Part shown: piece by piece, positions 20,186 to 30,229 of the stretch | Position numbering within the stretch: position 1 is the stretch's first letter | Layout of the letters: each line of letters opens with the position of its first letter | Virus record (IMG/VR): IMGVR_UViG_3300033149_006567 | Coordinates: 33,843 to 97,842 of that record | Direction: 5' to 3' (one strand) | Source of the DNA: a virus | Length of the DNA stretch: 64,000 bases | Translations under genes and position numbers: made by a program | Notes under the pieces: model-generated | Told to the model about the DNA's origin: nothing | Seen by the model: the letters and a program-made list of their open reading frames with translations, nothing else | Databases searched by the model: none

Positions 20186-22450
20186 ATGTCTCTAAAGATT
20201 AGATGGGTAGGTCCTTACTCGGATCCTTGTTATGATGATCAGACTGAGGTGTTAACTTCTAGCGGTTGGAAATTTTTCAAAGATATTTCTTTCGAAGATG
20301 GTCTTGCCACTCTGAATGAATGGCATATCATAGAATACCAAAAGCCTTCTCATATAATAAACAGAGAGTATGAGGGCGAAATGTATTACCTGGACGCTCC
20401 AAGGGCTAAAATAAATATTTGTGTGACTCCTAATCATTCTATGTACGTGACTACGGAAAGCGGTAGGCGTTCAGGGCGAGCGAATGCGTGGCGTCTCGAA
20501 GAGGCGAGGGATATATATGGGAAAACGCGAGCTTTTAAAAGAGATGGTCGGTGGCGAAAAAAGGGGAAGGAGCATTTTCGGATATGTGGAAGAAAGATAA
20601 AGGCGGAGCATTGGCTGGAGTTTTTGGGATATTATCTTAGCGAAGGATCTGCAACTATTTACAAAAGGCCTGCTGGTGTTACAAAAGGGGGCAGGCATCC
20701 GGTATATAGGGATCGTTACGTGAATAGGACTTACGAGCGTTCTGAGTCAACAGAGTACATATTGCAAATCAGGCAGGTTAAAGGCGAGGAGAATCGGGTT
20801 CGAATGGCAGAGGCGGTTCGGCGAGTGACGAATAATTCGGTAAATACTCGAAACAAAGACGGGCGAATACTGGTGCACGACAAAGATCTGGTGCTTTATT
20901 TGAAGCGATTTGGAAATTGCTGTACCAAGTATATACCGAGAGACGTGTTAAACAAATGCTCTAAGGAACAGCTGGAGGTACTTTTCGAAGCTCTTGTTTT
21001 GGGAGGCGGAACAGACAACAGAAAGAAAGGTGGCGGGGTTATTTACAAGACCTTTTCCAAACGCCTTCGGGACGATTTTCTGGAGCTATTGCTTAAAGTC
21101 GGATTTTCTGGGCACTATAAGCGTGAGATCGTGAAGGGCGAAGAGATAAGAATAAACGGCAGAGTTTGCCATGCGAAAGAGGATGGCTGGAAAATAGGGG
21201 TACGATTTAAAAACCGCGGTTTTTTGAAAAAATCATCTCAATGTTCGGTCCCGAGTAAACATGAAGAAAAGATAGTCCCCTATAAGGGGCGAATTTATTG
21301 CGCTACGGTCCCTAACCATGTGCTTTTTGTAAGGCGAAATGGCTGCGTTTTATGGTGTGGGAACTCGGGCTACGGTAGTAACTCGAGAAAGTTCGTGCAT
21401 GCCCTATATAAGTTGCAAAAAAAATACGACTTTCGTCTTGGAACTATGCCGGTTTCTTTCGAAAAACAAAGGGCGGATTATGGAGAGGCCGGAAGAATTT
21501 GTAAACGCCTGGAGGAGCATGCACTTCAAGAGGACATCCGGATAATTAACACTACTCCAGAGTTTTATGATCGTTTGAAAAGGCCCGGAGTGTTAAATGC
21601 TGCTTATGTTACATTCGAACTAGATGGTATTCCCGATTTATGGGTCAGAGAGCTTAACAAGATGGACGCGGTATTTACTACGGCGGAGTTTTGTGCGGAA
21701 GTGTTTAGGAAGAGTGGGGTAAAAACGCCAGTATTTTCTGTCCCCCCGGGCTTGTTTCCCGAAGATTATCGGAGAGTGGAACCGTTGTCCTCCCTAGATG
21801 TCCCCGAAGATGTCTTTTCTTTTTATTCTATCTTTCAGTGGACTCCTCGCAAAAATCCCCAGGCTTTACTTCATGCGTATTGGTCGGAATTCACTGGACA
21901 AGATGATGTTTGTCTGGTTCTGAAGACTTACAAGAATGATACGTCTCCTCAGCAAGTTGATATGCTCAGGAGAATTATTGCTCAGGAAAAACGGGGTTTT
22001 CGGCTTGATCATCACCCCAAGATATTCTTTATCTCTCAATTGTTGAGTGCTAGTCAATTAGAAGATTTACATTTGTCTTGTGACGCCTTTGTCTCGACTA
22101 CGGCAGGGGAAGGAAATTTTATCCCCGCTTTTAACGCCATGGCATATGCTAAGCCAGTAATAGTTACGGGGTGGTCTGGGCATACAGAATATTGTCGACC
22201 CGAATATAATTATTTGTCTAAATACCAATTGAGGCCAGCTCACTCGATGAGTTGGTGTGCCTGGAATGAGGCTCGATTTAATTGGGCCGATGTTAATATA
22301 CTTCATTTTCGAAAATTGATGCGAGAGGTTTATGAAAATCGAGCCCAGGCGAAGAAGAAAGCTGAGAAAGGACAGCGATTTTTATTTAAGGAGTTTTCTT
22401 GGGAAAAAATGATTAAAAGACTCGTAGATGGTATTGAGGAGGTTTTGTGA
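20186..22450 (+). CDS. GT4-type glycosyltransferase interrupted by an intein
   Basis: Exteins join as WVGPYSDP/SGYGSNSR; QWTPRKN, GEGNFIP, VIVTGWSGH. Confidence 0.85.
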   Translation: MSLKIRWVGPYSDPCYDDQTEVLTSSGWKFFKDISFEDGLATLNEWHIIEYQKPSHIINREYEGEMYYLDAPRAKINICVTPNHSMYVTTESGRRSGRANAWRLEEARDIYGKTRAFKRDGRWRKKGKEHFRICGRKIKAEHWLEFLGYYLSEGSATIYKRPAGVTKGGRHPVYRDRYVNRTYERSESTEYILQIRQVKGEENRVRMAEAVRRVTNNSVNTRNKDGRILVHDKDLVLYLKRFGNCCTKYIPRDVLNKCSKEQLEVLFEALVLGGGTDNRKKGGGVIYKTFSKRLRDDFLELLLKVGFSGHYKREIVKGEEIRINGRVCHAKEDGWKIGVRFKNRGFLKKSSQCSVPSKHEEKIVPYKGRIYCATVPNHVLFVRRNGCVLWCGNSGYGSNSRKFVHALYKLQKKYDFRLGTMPVSFEKQRADYGEAGRICKRLEEHALQEDIRIINTTPEFYDRLKRPGVLNAAYVTFELDGIPDLWVRELNKMDAVFTTAEFCAEVFRKSGVKTPVFSVPPGLFPEDYRRVEPLSSLDVPEDVFSFYSIFQWTPRKNPQALLHAYWSEFTGQDDVCLVLKTYKNDTSPQQVDMLRRIIAQEKRGFRLDHHPKIFFISQLLSASQLEDLHLSCDAFVSTTAGEGNFIPAFNAMAYAKPVIVTGWSGHTEYCRPEYNYLSKYQLRPAHSMSWCAWNEARFNWADVNILHFRKLMREVYENRAQAKKKAEKGQRFLFKEFSWEKMIKRLVDGIEEVL
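20228..21364 (+). mobile_element. Intein (379 aa) with LAGLIDADG homing endonuclease domain
   Basis: Starts CYDDQTEVLT; block B VTPNH; FLGYYLSEG and LFEALVLGGG; ends YCATVPNH...VLWCGN followed by Ser. Confidence 0.9.
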
Positions 22451-23393
22451 AGTGGAACATACGGCAGCAGTAATTGGTTGCGGCTATTGGGGTCCCAATA
22501 TAGCTCGTAATTTAGTTGATTTTGCTAACCTAAAATATGTTGTTGACAAAAATCTAGAGCTTGCTTCTGGAGTTGCAGGAAAATATGAAGGGGTCCAGGC
22601 CATAGGGGACGTTCAGGTCGCCCTGGATGATGAAGAAGTTGATATGATTGCGATAGTGACTCCTCCATCAACTCATGCTGAATTGACAGAAAGAGCCTTG
22701 GCAGCGAACAAGCATGTCTTCGTAGAGAAACCCCTTGCTCATTCAGAAAAAGATGCCATGAGGATGCTAAACGTCGCTTTAGAATATCCTTACGCGGTTT
22801 GCTGCGTGGGACATACTTTTTTGTTTGTCCCCGAGATAATCAAGATGAGAGAGCTTATAAAAAATGGTCTTATCGGAAATATAGACCTTATCAGTGTAAG
22901 TCGTTTGAACTTCGGGAAATATCAGGAATGTGGTGTGGCAATGGACTTGTTACCCCATGACATTTCTATTATGGAGTTCCTTTTAGACAGAGAAAGTTAT
23001 CCTTTGGGGATGTCTACTGCTGAATTAGGTGGAATTAGCGTGGTGGGTTCGGCGACTTTTGGCTTTAAGGGGTCTTCCGCCAGGGGAGCTGCTGCCATGA
23101 GCTGGGTACATACCGATAAGACAAGGAAGCTGATAGTCACTGGTAGCCGAGGCGTACTTGAATTCGACATGAGCATGCCGCATTTTGTTAAGCATTATGT
23201 CGGGCGGGATGTTCGGGTGAACCGATCTGGAGATTTACGATTAATTGAGATCGATGACCACTCAGAGGCTCTCGCGTCTGAAATGAAGTATTGGATAAGC
23301 TTGATAAATAATCCGGGTTCTAAAAATAAGATTAGCTTTACTCGAGGCTACAGTGTGGTTAAGACCATCGAAGGGTTAAGAGATGGCCCATAG
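22428..23393 (+). CDS. Gfo/Idh/MocA oxidoreductase (WbpB/WlbA-like sugar dehydrogenase)
   Basis: IGCGYWGPNIARN, HVFVEKP, DLLPHD. Confidence 0.85.
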   Translation: MVLRRFCEVEHTAAVIGCGYWGPNIARNLVDFANLKYVVDKNLELASGVAGKYEGVQAIGDVQVALDDEEVDMIAIVTPPSTHAELTERALAANKHVFVEKPLAHSEKDAMRMLNVALEYPYAVCCVGHTFLFVPEIIKMRELIKNGLIGNIDLISVSRLNFGKYQECGVAMDLLPHDISIMEFLLDRESYPLGMSTAELGGISVVGSATFGFKGSSARGAAAMSWVHTDKTRKLIVTGSRGVLEFDMSMPHFVKHYVGRDVRVNRSGDLRLIEIDDHSEALASEMKYWISLINNPGSKNKISFTRGYSVVKTIEGLRDGP

Positions 23394-24150
23394 GGAAAAC
23401 ATCGTCATTGGACAGGGAGAAACAGGAGCTCCGCTTCTTAAGGTGCTTAAGAGAGGCGACTTGGGGGCAGCTGGAGTAGATATCCAAAAGGGTTTTGATG
23501 TTAGGGGGGGGACAACCTGTACTTTTCTTCATGTATGCATCCCGGGAGGTTTGGATAATTTTGTCGACATAGTGAATGGGTATAAAAAGCGTTTTAGTCC
23601 AGATATTATTATTATTCATAGTACCGTTTTTCCTGGGACGACGAGGAAGATAGGTCATGTTCCGACTCGTACCTTTCATAGTCCCATAAATGGAAAGCAT
23701 AAAGAAATGTACGAGGCTCTTCTCCGTCACCCTAAGTTTTTTAGTGTGGCAGAGGAATGCTTGGGGTCGATCGCTAAGATAGAAAATCTTTATTCTGGCT
23801 GTGGGATGCGTCCCGAATATGTAGAGGGTGGACCTGAAACTACTGAGCTTGGAAAGATATTGGCCACTACGGCATATTACTATAATATCGTTTGGGCCCA
23901 ACAAGTCCAGGCTATTTGTGAGGAGCTGGGAGTAAACGAGAAAGAGGCGAAAAAGTGCTATGAGCTTATTGAGTCCTCCGACTATACCATGAAGGGAAAG
24001 TTCGCCGGAGCAGTTGGGGGGCATTGTTGCCGCGAGAACGTCTGGCTTCTTGAGGAGGGTGGCGTATCTTCGGATCTCCTTGACTACCTTTCTAGGTCAG
24101 ACGAAGATTTTCGAATAAGACATAAAATAGACCCTGATTGGCGTCGGTAA
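23383..24150 (+). CDS. UDP-glucose/GDP-mannose dehydrogenase-family protein, short form
   Basis: GQGETG, HSTVFPGTT, ELGK...NIVWA...ICEELG, catalytic GGHC; apparently lacks the C-terminal UDP-binding domain. Confidence 0.7.
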   Translation: MAHRENIVIGQGETGAPLLKVLKRGDLGAAGVDIQKGFDVRGGTTCTFLHVCIPGGLDNFVDIVNGYKKRFSPDIIIIHSTVFPGTTRKIGHVPTRTFHSPINGKHKEMYEALLRHPKFFSVAEECLGSIAKIENLYSGCGMRPEYVEGGPETTELGKILATTAYYYNIVWAQQVQAICEELGVNEKEAKKCYELIESSDYTMKGKFAGAVGGHCCRENVWLLEEGGVSSDLLDYLSRSDEDFRIRHKIDPDWRR

Positions 24151-24864
24151 ATGCGGAAGTACTTCAAGGTGTACGGTCTTCAGAGAACTGGGACCAATTA
24201 TATGCATCGTCTTTTGGCTAAGAATTTCAAGGTCGGTCCACTTTGGGAGAAGACGTACATATCGCACAAAGACATGTACAAGCATGCTCCCCCAGGGGCG
24301 ATTGTCGATAGGCTCCTAGAAGGCGCCATACCTCCGTTCAGCAAGGATAATGTATTTTTTGTTGTTATGGTGAAGCATCCCTATTCTTGGTTGGTAAGTC
24401 GCATGCGATTGGCCAAGAAAACTATTGAGGGAAACGAGGGGGAGGCTCTGGATAGACTGAAGGAATATAATCTCAAGTACAGAGAGTGGCTTCGATTCCT
24501 CTTTTGTAAGCCTTCTTGTTCCATTCTGGTTCGATACGAAGATTTAGTCAAAAATTACAAGGCACCTCTGGGGATTTTGCAGGCAGCCTTTAACCTAGAA
24601 ATGACTGGAGACTCGCTTGAGAATGTTCGGGGGGTTATGCGGAAAAATAATACGGAAGACAAGGGTCAGTTATTTGATGTCAATTATTATCTTAAGAAGT
24701 TTTACCTGGAAGAATATCCGGAGCAATTTAAACGCCCTGTTTATCGAGCGATAGATTGGGGTGTAGTGCGTGAGCTGGGATATCGAGATGCATTACGTAA
24801 AGATATTTGGGGCTCGTCGGACGGCGACGAACTATTTGACGGTTTTGCTCCCCCTCAATTTTGA
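24151..24864 (+). CDS. Sulfotransferase-fold protein 1
   Basis: GLQRTGTN (5'-PSB loop), KHPYSWLVS (3'-PB), VRYEDL. Confidence 0.7.
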   Translation: MRKYFKVYGLQRTGTNYMHRLLAKNFKVGPLWEKTYISHKDMYKHAPPGAIVDRLLEGAIPPFSKDNVFFVVMVKHPYSWLVSRMRLAKKTIEGNEGEALDRLKEYNLKYREWLRFLFCKPSCSILVRYEDLVKNYKAPLGILQAAFNLEMTGDSLENVRGVMRKNNTEDKGQLFDVNYYLKKFYLEEYPEQFKRPVYRAIDWGVVRELGYRDALRKDIWGSSDGDELFDGFAPPQF

Positions 24865-25417
24865 TATTGAAATCGTCAAGGGTCTTTCTTTTAAGCACAA
24901 CCCTCCCACAGGTCGTTTCGTGGGGGCGATGAAGTCTGATTCTGGGAGACTCAATAAAACTTCTCTGTGTGCTATTGTTATGGTTAAACATCCATATCCC
25001 TGGGTACTTAGTCGAGCTAGATTTGCCAACATAAAAAAAATGAGAATGGGACGACACGAGTCTTTTCTCGAGAAATTTATCGCAGATTATAATTTGAAAT
25101 ATAAGGCTTGGCTGGATTTCATTAGTAAGTTTCCCGAAAATACCTCCTTGGTTCGTTATGAGGATTTGCTCGATCATCCCAAGAAAGCCACCCTTAAACT
25201 CATGCGAAAATTCGGGTGGAAACTTAAAAAGAGTTGGTTTCGAGATATAAAGCAGGTTGTGGCGCCGGGAGAGATAATTAGGGAGGGCAGAAAATTTAAT
25301 AAATTTTATTATACTCAAAAAAGGTATCTAGAAGAGTTGTCCCCCGATATCAGGAAGTTTCTGAACAAAAAATTTGACTGGAAGATGGCTGGAAAAATGG
25401 GGTATAAACCTGAATGA
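24788..25417 (+). CDS. Sulfotransferase-fold protein 2
   Basis: GARRTATN, KHPYPWVLS, VRYEDLL; paralogue of the previous gene. Confidence 0.7.
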   Translation: MHYVKIFGARRTATNYLTVLLPLNFDIEIVKGLSFKHNPPTGRFVGAMKSDSGRLNKTSLCAIVMVKHPYPWVLSRARFANIKKMRMGRHESFLEKFIADYNLKYKAWLDFISKFPENTSLVRYEDLLDHPKKATLKLMRKFGWKLKKSWFRDIKQVVAPGEIIREGRKFNKFYYTQKRYLEELSPDIRKFLNKKFDWKMAGKMGYKPE

Positions 25418-26190
25418 TACTTCTAGTGACTGGTCCCCCCAGAACGGGTTCTTCTGCTTTATGTAGAGCCTTGAGCATGCACGACAAGATACTTCTTACC
25501 GACGAAATGGGCATTTTTCACGACTACAACTGGAAGCCAAATAAAAAGTATCCCGGAAAGCTCTTGAATTTTCTTAAAAAGCCTGCCAGGCCATTTTTGT
25601 ACCCCGTCTTTAAGAAGAAGGGCATCTCCAGGAGCGCCCTAGAGGCCTTTGTCGAGAATCAAAAACCTTGTTCGGCTGACGTCCTTAAGTATATGATAAG
25701 AAAGAGTAGTCCAAGACCTCTCATAGCTGGAGACAAGTGTCCCTCTAGTTACTTACTTAGATTCGATGATGTTTCTAGACGAGCCGATAAATTTATTTTT
25801 ACGATGCGAGACGGCCGGGCAGTTATTGCGTCTCAAGTCAGAAACTGGAGAAGAAATTTTCGTCTGAATCGGCCTACTGATCATTGGATGAAGCCGTCCA
25901 TTGAGGGGTCAGTGAAGCTCTGGCTTCGGGACGCCAAGTTGGTTCTGAAATGTTTCAGAAGGGTCCGAGATCGTGCGATTATTTGCCGATACGAGGATTT
26001 TTTTGACGGGAAAACCGATTTGTTCGATTCCATAGGAAGTTTTCTGGAGATTGACGGCGTGGCCCGGGAGGCTAGGAGGTGGTTTAAGCCCGTTCATTTA
26101 TCCTCTTGGCAGGATGAAATCCCTGAGATTGATGATAAAATAACAACGGAGTTTAAATCTGTGCTCCGTGACTTTGGCTATGAGGTTTAA
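25414..26190 (+). CDS. Sulfotransferase-family protein 3
   Basis: GPPRTGSS, GDKCP, MRDGRAVIAS, RYEDF. Confidence 0.8.
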   Translation: MILLVTGPPRTGSSALCRALSMHDKILLTDEMGIFHDYNWKPNKKYPGKLLNFLKKPARPFLYPVFKKKGISRSALEAFVENQKPCSADVLKYMIRKSSPRPLIAGDKCPSSYLLRFDDVSRRADKFIFTMRDGRAVIASQVRNWRRNFRLNRPTDHWMKPSIEGSVKLWLRDAKLVLKCFRRVRDRAIICRYEDFFDGKTDLFDSIGSFLEIDGVAREARRWFKPVHLSSWQDEIPEIDDKITTEFKSVLRDFGYEV

Positions 26191-26192
26191 TT

Positions 26193-27038
26193 ATGTCTAT
26201 CGCCGCCCTCTATCGTGTCCATAATGTCGAAAGAATGGACTATCCCTTTGAACAGTCAGTCCGTCAAACCCTGCTTTTGTGCGATGAGATTTGCGTTGCG
26301 GCTGGTTATTCAGAAGATAATACTCTTGAGATTATTCTGAATTTGCAAAAAGAATTCGGGAAGGATAGGGTTAAGTATGTACAGTACGAGTTTGTGTATA
26401 ACAGAGAATGGCAAGTGCTTGCCTGGAATAAGGCCCGGAAGCTCACTAAAGCCGACTGGCTCTTGCTCATAGACGCCGACGAGGCTTTTCACGAGCAAGA
26501 CATTCCTCGACTTAAGAAAATGCTCAAGAAGACAGATAGGCAATTGGTTAATTTTCCTATGTACCACTTCTATGGAACGCCAAATTTTTTAGTCACCGGA
26601 GGTCATTTTTACAAGAGGCATACGAGGATGGGTTGTAAGGGAATAAAATTCGGGATGAAGAACTTCCGTCGCGATGGCAATTTAGCGCCCGTGTGCGATG
26701 TTGTGGCGACTCTCGGGGGGCGTGAAAAGAAAGTTCATAGGTATGGTGGACCTGAGATGCTTCAAGTCGATATTCCTATTTATCATTACGGATGGGTTCG
26801 TTCTGCCGAAGCTATGGGTATGAGACGGGTAAAGGGGCGTGCTTGGTATACAAATGACAAGAAGTTTTTCGATGGGCATCTACCTGAATTAAAAAAGCGG
26901 TTTAATTATCAAATGAAAAAAAATCGTTCTGTTTATAAAAACTTTAAGGGGACTCATCCAAGATTTATGAGGAGCTGGTTTGAGAAAGACCCCCACCCCA
27001 AAGAATGGGATACCCTTAGGAGGCAGGCCGATGAGTAA
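26193..27038 (+). CDS. Glycosyltransferase family 2-like
   Basis: WLLLIDADE (DxD), SEDNT, IYHYGW. Confidence 0.8.
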   Translation: MSIAALYRVHNVERMDYPFEQSVRQTLLLCDEICVAAGYSEDNTLEIILNLQKEFGKDRVKYVQYEFVYNREWQVLAWNKARKLTKADWLLLIDADEAFHEQDIPRLKKMLKKTDRQLVNFPMYHFYGTPNFLVTGGHFYKRHTRMGCKGIKFGMKNFRRDGNLAPVCDVVATLGGREKKVHRYGGPEMLQVDIPIYHYGWVRSAEAMGMRRVKGRAWYTNDKKFFDGHLPELKKRFNYQMKKNRSVYKNFKGTHPRFMRSWFEKDPHPKEWDTLRRQADE

Positions 27039-27783
27039 GCCTCGCGTATCTGCGATCATGTTGGTGTTAAACGAGCGCTTTTACATAAAGGCCTCGATGT
27101 ATAATGCTCTTCAGTTTTTTGACGAGATATTAGTCCTTGACGGAGGTTCTCAAGATGGAACATTTGAGTTTTTAGAGGAATTTGCCTCTAAATTTTCTAG
27201 GGTCAAGATCGAGCAATGGCCTCAAGCTGACGCAAGACATTATCACCCTAGTTGGAATCAACCCGCTCGATGGAACAAGCTTATCGAGAAGGCTCGGTTT
27301 GATTGGATAGCGGTGCTTGGCGCAGATGAATGTTGGTGTGACCATGCTCGACCTAGACGTTTGATAATGAAGTATCAGGATACTCCGGCTTTTGCTTTTC
27401 CCAGATATGCCGTTACCGGAAGGCATGAATATACTCCCAATTGGTTTCCAGATTATCAACTTCGGCTATTTGACAGGGCTGCCCTCGGGGGAGTTCGTTT
27501 CAAAAATATGCCTCGACATTGCACTCCAAAAACCCACATGGGGGCCGGAAGTACTCCTCCGAAGAAAAATTTTAAGAAATATTATTTAGTTCATTACCAT
27601 CATGGATTTGGACCCAAAAGACACTCTCTCGGCAAGGGTATGAGAGTTGAAAAACTTCCTGGCTCTTTCGATCATCCTCGACATGCCCGCAAATATATAA
27701 TCAACCACCCAGAAAGGGTAGATTTTAAATATGATTTTCGGCTATATGGAAGGGCTGGGTTTGTCCCCAAGGAGACTCGATAG
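27031..27783 (+). CDS. Glycosyltransferase family 2-like
   Basis: AGGAGG RBS; LDGGSQDGT, LGADE, FPDYQLRLF. Confidence 0.8.
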   Translation: MSKPRVSAIMLVLNERFYIKASMYNALQFFDEILVLDGGSQDGTFEFLEEFASKFSRVKIEQWPQADARHYHPSWNQPARWNKLIEKARFDWIAVLGADECWCDHARPRRLIMKYQDTPAFAFPRYAVTGRHEYTPNWFPDYQLRLFDRAALGGVRFKNMPRHCTPKTHMGAGSTPPKKNFKKYYLVHYHHGFGPKRHSLGKGMRVEKLPGSFDHPRHARKYIINHPERVDFKYDFRLYGRAGFVPKETR

Positions 27784-28719
27784 ATGGCGAAACCAAAAAT
27801 CTTAATGATAGTCGGTTTTGATTGGGCCAATGCGGCTTACAAAATGTACGAGGCTATTAACGAATTTGGAGATGTAGCTTCCATCCGTCTTTGGACTCGG
27901 TGGCCCTTTAAGGCACAAGGAAAGCGTAAGGGCTACAAGTATGACATGAAGGGGAATGAGCAACTTGCCGAGGCAAAGAATCTTGTCAAGGAGGCCGATG
28001 TCATACATTTTATAGATAGGGCTCATCCAGCGTTATCAAAGTCTCCCCTGCCAGCATTGGCTCCTCCCGACAAGAAGGCAATAGTGAGTCTGAATACATC
28101 GGCGTGGTATTCGGTGGGACCAGGAAGAGTCAAAAAGCTGTACGGCAAAATTAAAAATCGAAACCAAAATTGCTTAATTACCACCCTTACCGCTTCTATG
28201 CCTCTTCAGGCTATTCCCTTTAAGTATACTCCGCAACCAATAGACACCAGAAAGATAGGGTTCAGGGAAAAAGTTTTTTCTCGAGAGAAGCTTGTTGTTG
28301 GTCACATGCCATTTTCTGGAAGGTTTGGGAAAAAGGGAACCAGGGAGATACAGGAGGCATTAAAAAGATACGAGAAGGCTGAGCTTCGTATTACAACTGG
28401 AGCTTCCCAAGAAGAGGCCATCGCTCGGAAAAGAAAGCTTGATGTTCTGATAGATCAGCTGGTGCTAGGGGCTTATGGCTACAACGCCCTAGAAGCCGCT
28501 TGTATCGGCATCCCGGTTATGTGCCATTTAAAAGAGGATTGCTGGCCATTAATTAATTGTCGGCGAGATGGGACGGATATACCTCAGAAGTTGGATTGGC
28601 TACAAGATCGTGCGAAACGGAAAACCGTGGGTAAGAAAACTCGGCGTTGGGTTGAAGAGACTCATGGTTATCCAGTTATAGGCAAAATGTGGAGTGAAAT
28701 ATACCGTGATTTTTGTTAA
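27784..28719 (+). CDS. GT-B fold glycosyltransferase (GT4-like)
   Basis: KKGT, DQLVLGAYGYNALEAACIGIPV, WVEETH. Confidence 0.75.
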   Translation: MAKPKILMIVGFDWANAAYKMYEAINEFGDVASIRLWTRWPFKAQGKRKGYKYDMKGNEQLAEAKNLVKEADVIHFIDRAHPALSKSPLPALAPPDKKAIVSLNTSAWYSVGPGRVKKLYGKIKNRNQNCLITTLTASMPLQAIPFKYTPQPIDTRKIGFREKVFSREKLVVGHMPFSGRFGKKGTREIQEALKRYEKAELRITTGASQEEAIARKRKLDVLIDQLVLGAYGYNALEAACIGIPVMCHLKEDCWPLINCRRDGTDIPQKLDWLQDRAKRKTVGKKTRRWVEETHGYPVIGKMWSEIYRDFC

Positions 28720-29413
28720 ACAATATGGTGAACGAAGAACTTGCACTAATCTTGCAAAATATTTTGTGGAGCAGAATACTGTCGGAGTCGAAGTCTTGGC
28801 TTCGGTTTTGGGGTGGAAACACGGGTTTCATTCTGGGAAAATAGACTGGAGTGGAGAAACATGGGGCGAGGAATATGGTAGGCCGCTTAAAGATCAAGTT
28901 AAAAATCTTTTGGAGATAAAAGAGGCTTATACGGCAGGGGAATTGAGATACTTAGTTTGTGTGAAAGATCCGTATTCTTGGTGTTTATCCTTTGCTCGCT
29001 ATCAAAGAAAAATAAACCCTGTTGGGTACGTAAGACCTGCTTATTTAAAAAATATCATTGGTGTTTGGAACAAAAAGTATTTGAACTGGGAAAAGCTTTT
29101 AAATTCTGTTGAATTGAGTTTTTTATTTCGTTACGAGGATTTTCTTCGTGAGCCGAGGAGCGTGAGAGAGAGGCTGCTTAAGTCTTTATGTCTTCCTGGT
29201 AGTCAGAAAAGTTCTCTATCTTTTCCTCAGAAATTTTCCAGGGGAGGGCAGAGGCTTAACAAAAAAAACGCTTTTTCTTCTACTGCTTTTGATAGGGATT
29301 ACTACCTGAATAGGCGGTATATGAAATTCTATAATTCTGATCACAAGGGCATATTCAGGAAGTGTCTGGATATCGCTCTGGCGAAAAGACTAGGATACAC
29401 ATTGTGCGAGTAG
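28694..29413 (+). CDS. Sulfotransferase-fold protein 4
   Basis: GERRTCTN, KDPYSWCLS, RYEDFL. Confidence 0.7.
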   Translation: MKYTVIFVKQYGERRTCTNLAKYFVEQNTVGVEVLASVLGWKHGFHSGKIDWSGETWGEEYGRPLKDQVKNLLEIKEAYTAGELRYLVCVKDPYSWCLSFARYQRKINPVGYVRPAYLKNIIGVWNKKYLNWEKLLNSVELSFLFRYEDFLREPRSVRERLLKSLCLPGSQKSSLSFPQKFSRGGQRLNKKNAFSSTAFDRDYYLNRRYMKFYNSDHKGIFRKCLDIALAKRLGYTLCE

Positions 29414-30222
29414 GTTTTTCAAAAAGAAAGCCCGTAGAGTCTGCGGTGGCTCGAGCTTTTTCGACTTTAGGACATGAGGTCATTTTTAAAAGAAGCAAGG
29501 CTGATTTTGAGAGTTTTGTTCGGAACAATAACCTAGACATTCTTTTTCTGTCTTCTAGCGCCCCCGTTCCTTCCCCCAAGATTGTCCAAAAATTACAGAA
29601 TAATTGTCGAGTTATCTACTGGGAGAGAAGGGCTCCTCCAAAAGGAATAGACAATAATCGCTATCGATTTAGGAACTATTTTACCATTTATAATGACGGG
29701 AGTGGGCGGTATCTTCCTTGCGCAGCGGAAGATCACCTATTTCTTAAGGAGGACGAAAGGTACGGGGTTTCGCTGGTGGCAAAAGATGTTTTCAAAAAGC
29801 CACGGAAGAGACAGCATGAGAAAAGAGTCCGATTGCAGAAGATGATATTCAAAGACGCATCGAATAGGTTTACGATGTACGGGGATATTCCCGAGAAAAG
29901 ATACGATGATCGTTTTGAAATAATGGCGAATTCTGTTTGTTCTATCGGGATTTGGAATGCTGACAAAGCGGTTCCTCTTCGATATTTTGAGATAATTTCA
30001 ACTTCTACGCCATTGATAACCTACCCCTATGAGACATTCAGGAGTCTGTTTGTTCCGGGGGAGCATTACGTGGAGACAGAGTCTCTTTCCCTGACCCTAG
30101 ATGCCTTATCTGGAGATAAAGAACGTTTTGAGGCGATAGGTCGAGCGGGTTATGAACATTTTTTGCAATATCATACTTATAAGCATCGAGTCAAATTTAT
30201 GCTGAATCACCTGAAGGGATAG
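29362..30222 (+). CDS. CgeB/Glyco_trans_1_2-like glycosyltransferase
   Basis: RYFEI...FVPGEHY...IGRAGY...HTYKHRV; true start may be slightly downstream. Confidence 0.7.
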   Translation: MSGYRSGEKTRIHIVRVGFSKRKPVESAVARAFSTLGHEVIFKRSKADFESFVRNNNLDILFLSSSAPVPSPKIVQKLQNNCRVIYWERRAPPKGIDNNRYRFRNYFTIYNDGSGRYLPCAAEDHLFLKEDERYGVSLVAKDVFKKPRKRQHEKRVRLQKMIFKDASNRFTMYGDIPEKRYDDRFEIMANSVCSIGIWNADKAVPLRYFEIISTSTPLITYPYETFRSLFVPGEHYVETESLSLTLDALSGDKERFEAIGRAGYEHFLQYHTYKHRVKFMLNHLKG

Positions 30223-30229
30223 TGGCGCA

